Below are positions 1-6,948 of a stretch of 24,000 nt of DNA, piece by piece. This DNA is from Paludibaculum fermentans. Lineage in GTDB: Bacteria; Acidobacteriota; Terriglobia; Bryobacterales; Bryobacteraceae. The stretch's first letter is position 1. The number at the start of each line of letters is the position of its first letter. A model generated the notes under the pieces. That model made no database searches. It was not told the origin of the DNA and saw only the letters and a list, made by a program, of their open reading frames with translations. The stretch spans positions 9,288,711-9,312,710 of the forward strand of contig NZ_CP063849.1 in assembly GCF_015277775.1 (NCBI RefSeq), given 5' to 3'. The position numbers and the translations under genes are program-made.

Positions 1-372
1 CTTGGTTTGCGAACCACGGGCAACGCGGCGAGGGGCATTACGGGCAACGCTTCGGTCGGACATGGGAATTTGTTTCTCCAACCGGGCACCCAGAAGCCGG
101 ACGCGATAATTCGTGGCGTGAAAAATGGCTTGTATGTGACCGAACTTCTCGGTTCCGGTGTCAATATAGTCAACGGCGATTATTCCCGGGGTGCGGCCGG
201 AGTTTGGATCGAGAATGGTGAGTTGACTTGGCCCGTCCACGAGGTTACGATTTCGGGTAATCTTCGCCGGATGTTCGAGCAGATTGAAGCAGTGGGCGAC
301 GATCTGGAGTTCCGCGGTTCAGTCGCCTGCCCCACGCTGCTGGTAGGGGAGATGACGGTCAGTGGTCACTAG
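1..372 (+). CDS. pmbA: PmbA/TldD-family protein (PmbA-like), C-terminal fragment; 5' end lies outside the window
   Basis: The frame is open from base 1; the ORF-track start at 7 is only the first TTG. The tail ...GDYSRGAAGVWIENGELTWPVHEVTISGNLRRMFEQIEAVGDDLEFRGSVACPTLLVGEMTVSGH matches the PmbA/TldD C-terminal pattern as I recall it (..ENGE..PV.E.TI.GN....GND...... ..P.....M.V.G). Stop TAG at 370-372. Confidence 0.75.
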   Translation, partial: LGLRTTGNAARGITGNASVGHGNLFLQPGTQKPDAIIRGVKNGLYVTELLGSGVNIVNGDYSRGAAGVWIENGELTWPVHEVTISGNLRRMFEQIEAVGDDLEFRGSVACPTLLVGEMTVSGH

Positions 373-844
373 TACTCGTAACAGTCAAAAGCTGTCGTTC
401 AACTCGACCCCGCTGGTCATTTTGACCGTCGTGGTCCTGATCGCCGCCATAGGTTTCTACGTTCTCTTCCTGCGGGGTTCGAATCAGTCGTTGCAGCCGA
501 CCGCCCTTACCGCCGAAGCGAAGAGCTATGTCCGGAATCTCGCTCTCTCGGATGTCGAGATGAAGGCGAGCGAGAACTACATGAAGACGATGCTTGTCGA
601 GATCGTCGGCAAGATCACCAACAACGGGTCGAGAACGCTCGGGTTGGTGGACATCAACTGTGTCTTCTATGACCCGTACGGTCAATTGGTCCTGCGGGAA
701 CGCGTGGCTATCGTCAAGATGTCGGGCAAGGGCCTGAAACCCGGCGAGACCCGCTCGTTCCGGCTTCCGTTTGACAGCATCCCCAGTTCCTGGAATCAGG
801 CGTTGCCGCAGTTAGTCATCGCCCGCATTGAGTTCGCTGAGTAG
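362..844 (+). CDS. Hypothetical single-pass membrane protein with a beta-rich C-terminal domain (DUF3426/FxLYD-like, tentative)
   Basis: GTG at 362 overlaps the pmbA stop (370-372). There is one hydrophobic helix (PLVILTVVVLIAAIGFYVLFL). It is followed by a ~110-aa domain with alternating beta-like pattern (LVEIVGKITNNGSRTLGLVDINCVFYDPYGQLV...). The coding-like composition contrasts with the Arg/Pro-rich antisense ORFs. The family assignment is weak. Confidence 0.55.
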   Translation: MVTSTRNSQKLSFNSTPLVILTVVVLIAAIGFYVLFLRGSNQSLQPTALTAEAKSYVRNLALSDVEMKASENYMKTMLVEIVGKITNNGSRTLGLVDINCVFYDPYGQLVLRERVAIVKMSGKGLKPGETRSFRLPFDSIPSSWNQALPQLVIARIEFAE

Positions 845-863
845 CCCCCATATATCCTTTCGA

Positions 864-2492
864 ATGCCAAGAATCCTTGTTGTGGAAGACGACGCGGATC
901 AGCGTGAGATCCGTTGCCTGATACTGGAGCGGAGCGGCCACACGGCGCAGGCGGCGGCTTGCTCCGCTGATGCCCTGGCTCACGTCGATGCGCACGATTC
1001 AGACTGTGTTTTGATGGACTTGCGGTTACCCCGGCCCAGCGACGGGCTGCAGTTGATCCAGGATATCCGGGCGCGCGACGCGCGGCTCCCCCTGGTGGTC
1101 CTTTCCGGCTGGCCGGAGGATCTGGAGAAGAGCCCATTGGCCGGGGCGGTCAGCGCCACGTTGAAGAAGCCGGTGGCGACCGATCGCCTGCTGCGGACCA
1201 TCAACCGCCTGCTGCCGGTCCTGCTGCTGCTGTTGATTTGTGCCGGGATGTCGAGGGCTCAAAGCCGGGCGTTCCCCTTCCAGGTGGCCCAGGCCGGGGA
1301 AGTGCTGGCGGAGCTCACGATGTCGTCGCCCGGGTCCGACTGGGCAGTGGCGGGTAAAGAAGGCTCTTTGGCGGCGATCAGCGTGGACGCGCAGCCGGCC
1401 CAGCACCTGATGGTGACCGGGCCCGAGCGCACTTACCACATCTTTCTCGGTCAACTTGCAGCGGGGCCTCATACCTTAAAGGTGGAACGGCAGGCCGCGG
1501 ACTCGGCCGCCGGTGCCGGCCTGGCGGTTTTCGGCGCGCGGTTCGAGAAGTCCGGCAGCGACTTCATCGCGAACGCGCCCATCCTGCTGGCGCGCCTCAA
1601 CACCTTGGGCAAGTTCACTGACGTGCCCCTGATGGCGTACTGCACACGGGGCCACGACGAAGACGGCTCCTTCCTGGAATACACGGTGATCTTCACCAAT
1701 GAGGACGGCGGCACCTCGACGCGCGACCTCATGGCCCGCTGGGGCCGTACCACCGATATCGAGTACATCTATCGGGTTTGGCTGGATGCGGCCGGGAAGC
1801 CGAAAAAGACGCTCATCCAGACCAAGGGACACGAGGACGTACCGTACAACGGGATCCGGATTGGCTCGCACCCTGTACTCATGCCGGTGACCGATAACAA
1901 TATGGTGGAGCCGGCCGCCGAGAACGCCTCGCGGCTGCGCTATCAATTGACTCCGGTGCTGGCCGACCTGAGCGACGGCGCCCGCGAGAAAGTCATGGAT
2001 GCGGCTCCTTTCACCTATGAGATCGCGTCGAAGGAGCTGCAGCGGGAAGGGAAGCTGCGCCCTTTCGGAACCTTCCAGGGCGAGAATATCAGCGACGCGA
2101 GGAACTATCTGGTGGTGGAGCTGAAGGTGAGCTCGACACTGGCCGGTGTCCAGGTGCTCATCCAGCGCAAGGGCGAGAAGAAGTGGCGCGGCTCGGCCTT
2201 GGGCTTGGGGAAAGACTTCATCGAGCGCAGCGGTTGGGTTCGGACGCGTGTGGAACTGCCGCCCGGCACCACGGCTTCCGACCTGACGGGCTTTGGCGCG
2301 GAGTGCCTCTCGCAGCGCGATCTCGTACGCCAACCCATTGCAAAGAATGGACGTTGCGCTGTGGAAGCGATCGGCCGGATCTTCTTCCTGGACCGGGACT
2401 ACAAACCGGGACCGCGCATCCCCATCGCGGGCTTCCCCGACGGTGGGTGGCAGATGGAGGCGGGCGAGTTGTTCACGCTGGCCCTGCAGTAA
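864..2492 (+). CDS. Response-regulator receiver domain fused through one TM / signal-peptide-like helix to a ~400-aa uncharacterised C-terminal domain
   Basis: ATG 864 (MPRILVVEDD...) lies just after the upstream stop at 842-844; the ORF-track TTG 828 would overlap that gene. REC hallmarks are all present: acidic pair VVEDD, phospho-acceptor VLMDLRLP, VVLSGW and LKKP. This is followed directly by RLLRTINRLLPVLLLLLICAGMSRA|QS (about nt 1190-1265) and then ~410 aa with no motif I recognise. It is a single uninterrupted frame to TAA 2490-2492. Confidence 0.75.
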   Translation: MPRILVVEDDADQREIRCLILERSGHTAQAAACSADALAHVDAHDSDCVLMDLRLPRPSDGLQLIQDIRARDARLPLVVLSGWPEDLEKSPLAGAVSATLKKPVATDRLLRTINRLLPVLLLLLICAGMSRAQSRAFPFQVAQAGEVLAELTMSSPGSDWAVAGKEGSLAAISVDAQPAQHLMVTGPERTYHIFLGQLAAGPHTLKVERQAADSAAGAGLAVFGARFEKSGSDFIANAPILLARLNTLGKFTDVPLMAYCTRGHDEDGSFLEYTVIFTNEDGGTSTRDLMARWGRTTDIEYIYRVWLDAAGKPKKTLIQTKGHEDVPYNGIRIGSHPVLMPVTDNNMVEPAAENASRLRYQLTPVLADLSDGAREKVMDAAPFTYEIASKELQREGKLRPFGTFQGENISDARNYLVVELKVSSTLAGVQVLIQRKGEKKWRGSALGLGKDFIERSGWVRTRVELPPGTTASDLTGFGAECLSQRDLVRQPIAKNGRCAVEAIGRIFFLDRDYKPGPRIPIAGFPDGGWQMEAGELFTLALQ

Positions 2493-2497
2493 TCCCC

Positions 2498-2767
2498 GTG
2501 GACCTGGACGCGCTGCGGAACTCGTTGAAAACAGACGGCCGTCTGGCTCTACAGATCCGGGTGATTCCAAAGAGTCCGAAGACTCAGTGGGCGGGCGAGC
2601 TCGGCGACGGATCCTTAAAGGTGAAGCTGGCCGCCGTGCCCGAGAAGGGCAAGGCCAACGAGGAACTGATCCGCTTCCTCGCCGGGGAGTTCGGCGTGCG
2701 CCGGCAGCAAGTGGAGATCGTGGCGGGCGCCACCAATCCACATAAACAAGTCCGGATCATCGCCTGA
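2498..2767 (+). CDS. DUF167 / YggU-family small protein
   Basis: GTG 2498 lies 5 nt after the upstream stop; the rest of the 2183 ORF overlaps the previous gene. The 89-aa product has the pattern LQIRVIPKSPKTQWAGELGDGSLKVKLAAVPEKGKANEELIRFLAGEFGVRRQQVEIVAGATNPHKQVRI. This is typical of DUF167 (..V.P.a......g.....lkv.v.apP..GkAN..l..fLa..l.v....v.iv.G..sr.K.v.i). Confidence 0.75.
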   Translation: MDLDALRNSLKTDGRLALQIRVIPKSPKTQWAGELGDGSLKVKLAAVPEKGKANEELIRFLAGEFGVRRQQVEIVAGATNPHKQVRIIA

Positions 2768-2770
2768 CTA

Positions 2771-3631
2771 TCAAAGCCCGCGCACGGGCACGGTGAAGAC
2801 GGCGGTATTCACCACTCCCAGCCGCTGGAATTGCACCCACAGCCGGTGCATGCCGGGCCGTGGAAACACGACGTTGAACTGCAGATTCGGTCCGCCGCTG
2901 GCCAGGAACGGGTGGGTGTGGATCAGGTCGATCAGATCCGCGCTGGCGACCAGCATGTGCCCCCAGGCTCCGAGATACGGCTCAAGTCCATTGCCCGGCT
3001 CGAGCTCGAAGAACAACATCGTCTTGAGACCCGCAATCGGAGCGGCGGGCTCGGTGCGCAGCGCGACCTTCAGATTAGTTGCCGATTGCGGAGACGTCTG
3101 CGCGGCGAGACGCGGCGTGGCGAACGAGATCTGCCCGCTGCCCGCGCTGAGGATACTCAGGACGGCTAATTGCGGGGTTCCGCCCTCCGGATAGAAGTCG
3201 CCCAGGATCCGGTAGAAGCCAGCCTTCGGCAGCACGGTCTCGAACAGCAGCGTCCCGTCCGGTTGCGGCTCGGGGTGCTCGTGCGCGAAGAACGTTAGAT
3301 CGCCGCTCACAATAAACAAGTGAAAGAGCTTCTCGTGGATCACCTGCAGCTTCGTGACGCGTTGATTGGTGTGCGGATCCCGGATCTCGAAGCGCATCCG
3401 GACCGGCTGGCCCGGTTTCCAGGCGGAAGGTGTGATGTCGAGCAGCAGGCGGTATTCGACCGGCTCCGGAATGCCTGGCACGAGCTTCATGCCGCAGCGC
3501 GGGCAGACCCCCGGTTTGGCCGACCGGACGTCCTTGTCCATCGGGCACAGCCACTCCACCTGGTCCTGCGGCGGTTGACCCAGCAGCACCGGCAGACCGG
3601 CGGCAGTGGCAAGGAAGTGTCGCCTGTACAT
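2771..3631 (-). CDS. Tat-signal periplasmic protein: N-terminal heavy-metal-binding domain (HMBD, CPMD..V....PG.CP.CGM.L) plus two related His-containing beta-sandwich-like domains
   Basis: ATG at 3631 (cat 3629-3631) gives MYRRHFLATAAGLPVLLG, a twin-arginine RRxFL signal. Next comes WLCPMDKDVRSAKPGVCPRCGMKLVP, the HMBD motif seen in CusB-type and copper-related proteins. Two repeated segments then carry FFAHEHP...GFYRILGDF and LIHTHP...GMHRLWVQF. The upstream 88 codons of the 2771..3895 ORF overlap the SDR gene and are rejected. Confidence 0.7.
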   Translation of the reverse strand: MYRRHFLATAAGLPVLLGQPPQDQVEWLCPMDKDVRSAKPGVCPRCGMKLVPGIPEPVEYRLLLDITPSAWKPGQPVRMRFEIRDPHTNQRVTKLQVIHEKLFHLFIVSGDLTFFAHEHPEPQPDGTLLFETVLPKAGFYRILGDFYPEGGTPQLAVLSILSAGSGQISFATPRLAAQTSPQSATNLKVALRTEPAAPIAGLKTMLFFELEPGNGLEPYLGAWGHMLVASADLIDLIHTHPFLASGGPNLQFNVVFPRPGMHRLWVQFQRLGVVNTAVFTVPVRGL

Positions 3632-4416
3632 CAGGAGGCGGGCTGGAACGGCCACACCGAACACGTGGAGAACCCGCCATCGACCGCGATCACCTGGCCG
3701 GTCACGTAATTGGCGCCAGGGCTGGAGAGATAGACCGCCAGCGGAGCAATGTCTTCGGCCGAGCCCATCCGCTGGTTCGGCTGCACCGAAGCGAGCCAGT
3801 TCTGCATCTCGGGCTTCTGCCACATCTCGCGGTTGAGGTCGGTCAGGATGAAGCCGGGCGCGATGCAATTCACCTGGATGTCGTACTGGCCCCACTCGGC
3901 GGCGAGGGCCCGCGAGAAGCCCGCGAGGGCCGATTTCGTAATGGTGTAGACCGTCAGGTAAGGCAGTCCCAGGATCGAGGTCAGGCTGCCGATATTGACG
4001 ACTTTGCCGCCCTGGCCGCGCGCAATCATGCGTTTGCCGACGCCCTGGGTAAACTCGAAGATGCCGTGCAGGTTGGTGTTCAGGATGCGGTCGTACTCTT
4101 CGGGCGTATAGTCGGTGAACCGTTTGCGCAGGTTGATGCCGGCCACGTTGATCAGGATGTCGACGTCAGGGATGGCTTCGAGCGCCTTTTCCCGGGAGTC
4201 GCGGGAGGCGATGTCGAGCTCCACGGCGTCGGCCTGCAGACCCTCCGCCCGCAGCGACCGCGCAATGTCGGCGAGAGCCGGCAACGAACGTGCGGCCAGG
4301 ATCGTGTGGGCGCCCGCGCGGGCGACTCCTTCCGCGATTGCCTGTCCAATGCCCCGGCTGGCTCCAGCGATCAGGGCGGTTTTGCCGGTGAGTGAAAACG
4401 GGTTCACATGGGCCAT
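3631..4416 (-). CDS. Short-chain dehydrogenase/reductase (SDR) family oxidoreductase (gluconate-5-dehydrogenase/FabG-like)
   Basis: ATG at 4416 (cat 4414-4416). Rossmann motif TGKTALIAGASRGIGQAIA, NVAG, catalytic Ser (NIGSL) and YTITK (YxxxK), then IAPGFI...GQVIAVDGG. 261 aa. The stop TGA (3631-3633) shares one base with the ATG of the downstream HMBD gene (TGATG). The rest of the 621-aa ORF (4417-5496) is antisense to the dehydrogenase gene and is Arg/His-rich shadow. Confidence 0.9.
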   Translation of the reverse strand: MAHVNPFSLTGKTALIAGASRGIGQAIAEGVARAGAHTILAARSLPALADIARSLRAEGLQADAVELDIASRDSREKALEAIPDVDILINVAGINLRKRFTDYTPEEYDRILNTNLHGIFEFTQGVGKRMIARGQGGKVVNIGSLTSILGLPYLTVYTITKSALAGFSRALAAEWGQYDIQVNCIAPGFILTDLNREMWQKPEMQNWLASVQPNQRMGSAEDIAPLAVYLSSPGANYVTGQVIAVDGGFSTCSVWPFQPAS

Positions 4417-4440
4417 GTCCCACAGGCTAGCATGGACGTT

Positions 4441-5505
4441 ATGAAGAAGCTGTCGATTGCCCTGTTGCCGGGAGACGGCATTGGAATGGAAGTCGTTCCG
4501 GCGGCCCGCAAGGTGTTGGAAAAGAGCGGCGCCGCGGCCGGCGTACACCTGTCGTTCGAGCAGTTCGACTGGGGCTCGGATCACTATTTCCGCATGGGCC
4601 AGATGATGCCCGTCGATGCCTTGGAGCGGTTGCGGGCGCACGACTCGATTCTTCTCGGTGCCGTGGGGCATCCCGACATTCCTGACCACATCACTCTGAA
4701 TGGCATGCTGCTGCCCATCCGGCGCGGCTTCGATCTCTATGTGAACGAGCGGCCGGCCTATCTCTACGCGGGTGTCGAGAGTCCGCTGAGAGGCTACGAA
4801 CCCGGAGCGATCGATATGGTGGTGGTGCGCGAGAACACTGAAGGCGAGTACACCAACGTCGGTGGGTTCGTCTATCACCATCTGCCGGAAGAGGTAGCCA
4901 TCCAGACCTCCGTCTTCACCCGGCATGGCTGTGAGCGCATCATTCGCTATGCGTTCGACCTGGCGCGGCGCCGCAACCAGAAACGCAAGGTGGCTTCCAT
5001 CACGAAGTCGAATGCGCAGGGTTACGGCATGGTGTTGTGGGACCGCATTTTCCGCGAGGTGTCGGCCGAGTATCCCGACATTGAGACGGAATCGCTGCTG
5101 GTGGACGCGGCGGCCATGAACTTCGTGCGGCGCCCGGCCAGCTTCGATGTCGTGGTGGCTTCGAACCTGTTTGGCGACATCCTCAGCGACCTGTCGGCGA
5201 TTGTGACGGGCAGCATCGGGCTGGCGCCCAGCGCGAATCTGGACCCGCGCCGCAACGCTCCATCGCTGTTTGAGCCGGTGCACGGCTCGGCGCCCGATAT
5301 CGCGGGCAAAGGCGTATCGAACCCCCTGGCGACGATTCTGGCGGCGGCGATGATGATGGACCACCTGGGCGAACCGGAGATGTCGGCCTCGATTGAAGGC
5401 GCCGTGCGCGCGGTGCTCGCCGACGGCAAAGTGCTGACCGCCGATCTGGGCGGCCGGAGCACGACCGCGGACGTGACAGCCGCCGTGTTGGCCCATTTGG
5501 CCTGA
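4441..5505 (+). CDS. Isocitrate/isopropylmalate dehydrogenase-family enzyme, closest in pattern to tartrate dehydrogenase/decarboxylase (D-malate dehydrogenase) type
   Basis: MKKLSIALLPGDGIGMEV..., FDWGSDHYFRMGQMMP, LLGAVGHPDIPDHITL, VVVRENTEGEY, ITKSNAQ, SNLFGDILSDL, FEPVHGSAPDIAGKG.NP. The FDWGSD..Y and PDHITL blocks are those I recall from TtuC-type tartrate dehydrogenases rather than LeuB. The start is chosen at ATG 4441 to avoid overlapping the divergent SDR start. ATG 4432 or 4408 are also possible. Confidence 0.85.
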   Translation: MKKLSIALLPGDGIGMEVVPAARKVLEKSGAAAGVHLSFEQFDWGSDHYFRMGQMMPVDALERLRAHDSILLGAVGHPDIPDHITLNGMLLPIRRGFDLYVNERPAYLYAGVESPLRGYEPGAIDMVVVRENTEGEYTNVGGFVYHHLPEEVAIQTSVFTRHGCERIIRYAFDLARRRNQKRKVASITKSNAQGYGMVLWDRIFREVSAEYPDIETESLLVDAAAMNFVRRPASFDVVVASNLFGDILSDLSAIVTGSIGLAPSANLDPRRNAPSLFEPVHGSAPDIAGKGVSNPLATILAAAMMMDHLGEPEMSASIEGAVRAVLADGKVLTADLGGRSTTADVTAAVLAHLA

Positions 5506-5586
5506 GTCACAACTTTTCGCACATTCTCCTCACACAGCCGGCACAGGCGCCGATGAGCCTTCCAGAGCTAGGGAGGCTTACGTTCT

Positions 5587-5958
5587 ATGTCCTTGGACGT
5601 GATGATCGTCGACGACTCGGCGGCCATACGCAAGATCCTGCACAGGGTACTAATCCAGGCCGATGTGCCTCTAGGAAAGGTGATCGAGGCCGGTGATGGC
5701 CAGGAGGCCCTGGATAAGTTGAAGTCCGCGATGGTCGGGTTGATCCTCTCCGACATCAACATGCCGAACATGGACGGGCTGCAATTGCTGGGCGCGCTGA
5801 AGACCCAGGAGGCAACGAAGGCGATCCCCATCATTATGGTGACGACTGAAGGCAGCAGCGCCAAGGTGATGGAGGCGGTGTCGTTGGGCGCCTCGGGCTA
5901 TGTCCGGAAGCCTTTCACGGCGGAGCAGATCAAAGAGAAGCTGGCGGGGCTCATCTAG
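5587..5958 (+). CDS. cheY: CheY-like single-domain response regulator
   Basis: 123 aa. Motifs: DVMIVDDS, ILSDINMPNMDG (phospho-acceptor Asp), IIMVTTEG and YVRKPF. SD GGGAGG at 5571-5576 lies 10 nt upstream of the ATG. CheX and CheW genes follow immediately. Confidence 0.85.
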   Translation: MSLDVMIVDDSAAIRKILHRVLIQADVPLGKVIEAGDGQEALDKLKSAMVGLILSDINMPNMDGLQLLGALKTQEATKAIPIIMVTTEGSSAKVMEAVSLGASGYVRKPFTAEQIKEKLAGLI

Positions 5959-5984
5959 GCCGGTTGCCCAACAAGGAGAGATCC

Positions 5985-6521
5985 ATGACACACGAGAGAC
6001 TGGTGACGATGATCCGTCAGGCGACGAAAGACGTATTCGCCACGATGCTGGGCATCGAACTGGAAGACCACCCCGAATACCTGGGTGTCACAGCGCCCGG
6101 CCCGAGTGAAGGCGTATTGGCGATTGTGGGACTGGCCGGCGCCTGGGCGGGGTCGGGTTCCTTCTCCTGTTCCGCGTTGATGGCACAGAAGATTTCGGGC
6201 CAACTCCTAATGCAGGAGTATTCGGCGATCGACGACGACGTGTTGGACGCCATCGGGGAGGTGACCAACATGGTCCTGGGGAATGTGAAGACGGTGCTGG
6301 AGGAAGAACTGGGCCCGATGGGGTTGAGCATCCCGACGGTCATCTATGGCCGGAACTTCACGACGCGGAATGTGGGCAAGAGCCAATGGACGGTGGTCCC
6401 GTTCCAGTGCATCGGGGAAGTTGTGGAGGTGCATCTTTGCCTGGAGCCGGGAAAAGAACTCTCGGCGAAGATCTCCGTGGCGCAGCAGCAGGTTCCGGCG
6501 ATCTTGACGATGCTCGGATAG
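5985..6521 (+). CDS. cheX: CheX-family chemotaxis (CheY-P) phosphatase-like protein
   Basis: ATG 5985 is preceded by a strong SD AAGGAGAG (5972-5979). That SD lies inside the ORF-track TTG 5964 extension, so the extension is rejected. Pattern ..ATKDVFATMLGIE..., GLAGAWAGSGSFSCS..., DAIGEVTNMVLGNVKT fits the CheX/CheC-like fold (..v..vf.tMlg......; ..d.l.E..N.i.G..k). The assignment is from memory. Confidence 0.7.
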   Translation: MTHERLVTMIRQATKDVFATMLGIELEDHPEYLGVTAPGPSEGVLAIVGLAGAWAGSGSFSCSALMAQKISGQLLMQEYSAIDDDVLDAIGEVTNMVLGNVKTVLEEELGPMGLSIPTVIYGRNFTTRNVGKSQWTVVPFQCIGEVVEVHLCLEPGKELSAKISVAQQQVPAILTMLG

Positions 6522-6531
6522 GAGGGCCGCC

Positions 6532-6948
6532 ATGGCGGTCGGCGAGCGATTCCTCGTGGTTCGGTTGGCCGGACAGGAGTACGCGATTCCTTCCGGCCGG
6601 GTCTGCGGCATGCTGCAGACGCGTGGTGTGGAATTGCAGCGTGTGGATGGCCGCGGTGCACTGCGCTATCTGACCAGCGTGCACGGCCGGACTGTGCCCA
6701 TCTATGTTCCGAATCGCACCCTGGGCCTCGCGGAGCGGGCGATCTCCGCCCGCAGTTGCCTGCTATTGATCCGCCAGGCGGAAGCCGATACGGAGGCCCT
6801 CCAGGAAGCCGAATTCGCTCTTGCGGTCGACTCGGTCTCGAGGCTGGAGGTGCTGCCTCCGGCCGCGGTGCGGGCGAACGCCGGCCTGGTGCGCTTGGGC
6901 GACAAGTGGCGGACAGTGCTGGACTTGGAGGCTCTCCGGGCGGCTTGA
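6532..6948 (+). CDS. cheW: CheW-like coupling-domain protein
   Basis: SD GGAGGG at 6521-6526. ERFLVVRLAGQEYAIPSGRVCGML... is the classic CheW-domain opening (..fL.F.l.g..yai....V.ei). The product is 138 aa, the size of a single CheW domain. Confidence 0.7.
   Translation: MAVGERFLVVRLAGQEYAIPSGRVCGMLQTRGVELQRVDGRGALRYLTSVHGRTVPIYVPNRTLGLAERAISARSCLLLIRQAEADTEALQEAEFALAVDSVSRLEVLPPAAVRANAGLVRLGDKWRTVLDLEALRAA

Noticed and set aside
1476-2741. 421-aa minus-strand ORF, plus 1026..1472 and 1469..1768 on the minus strand
   Set aside because: They are antisense to the REC-TM gene. Their composition is dominated by Arg/Pro/Gly/Ala with no recognisable motifs, so they are shadow ORFs of a G+C-rich coding region.
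3632-3895. 88-codon extension of the HMBD-protein ORF (start at 3895)
   Set aside because: It overlaps the 3' end of the SDR gene. The Tat signal MYRRHFL begins at the internal ATG 3631, which is stop/start coupled to the SDR.
4417-5496. Upstream 360 codons of the 621-aa minus-strand ORF (3631..5496), which would make a giant SDR fusion
   Set aside because: This part is exactly antisense to the well-supported dehydrogenase gene (4441-5505). It is Arg/His/Gly-rich low-complexity sequence typical of high-GC shadow frames. The SDR domain is complete from ATG 4416.
5506-5586. Possible sigma-54 (GG-N10-GC) or sigma-70 promoter upstream of cheY, around GGCAC at 5540-5545
   Set aside because: The spacing to a -12 GC element does not fit (GG-N10 is followed by GA). 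No convincing -35/-10 pair was found, and only the SD is clear.
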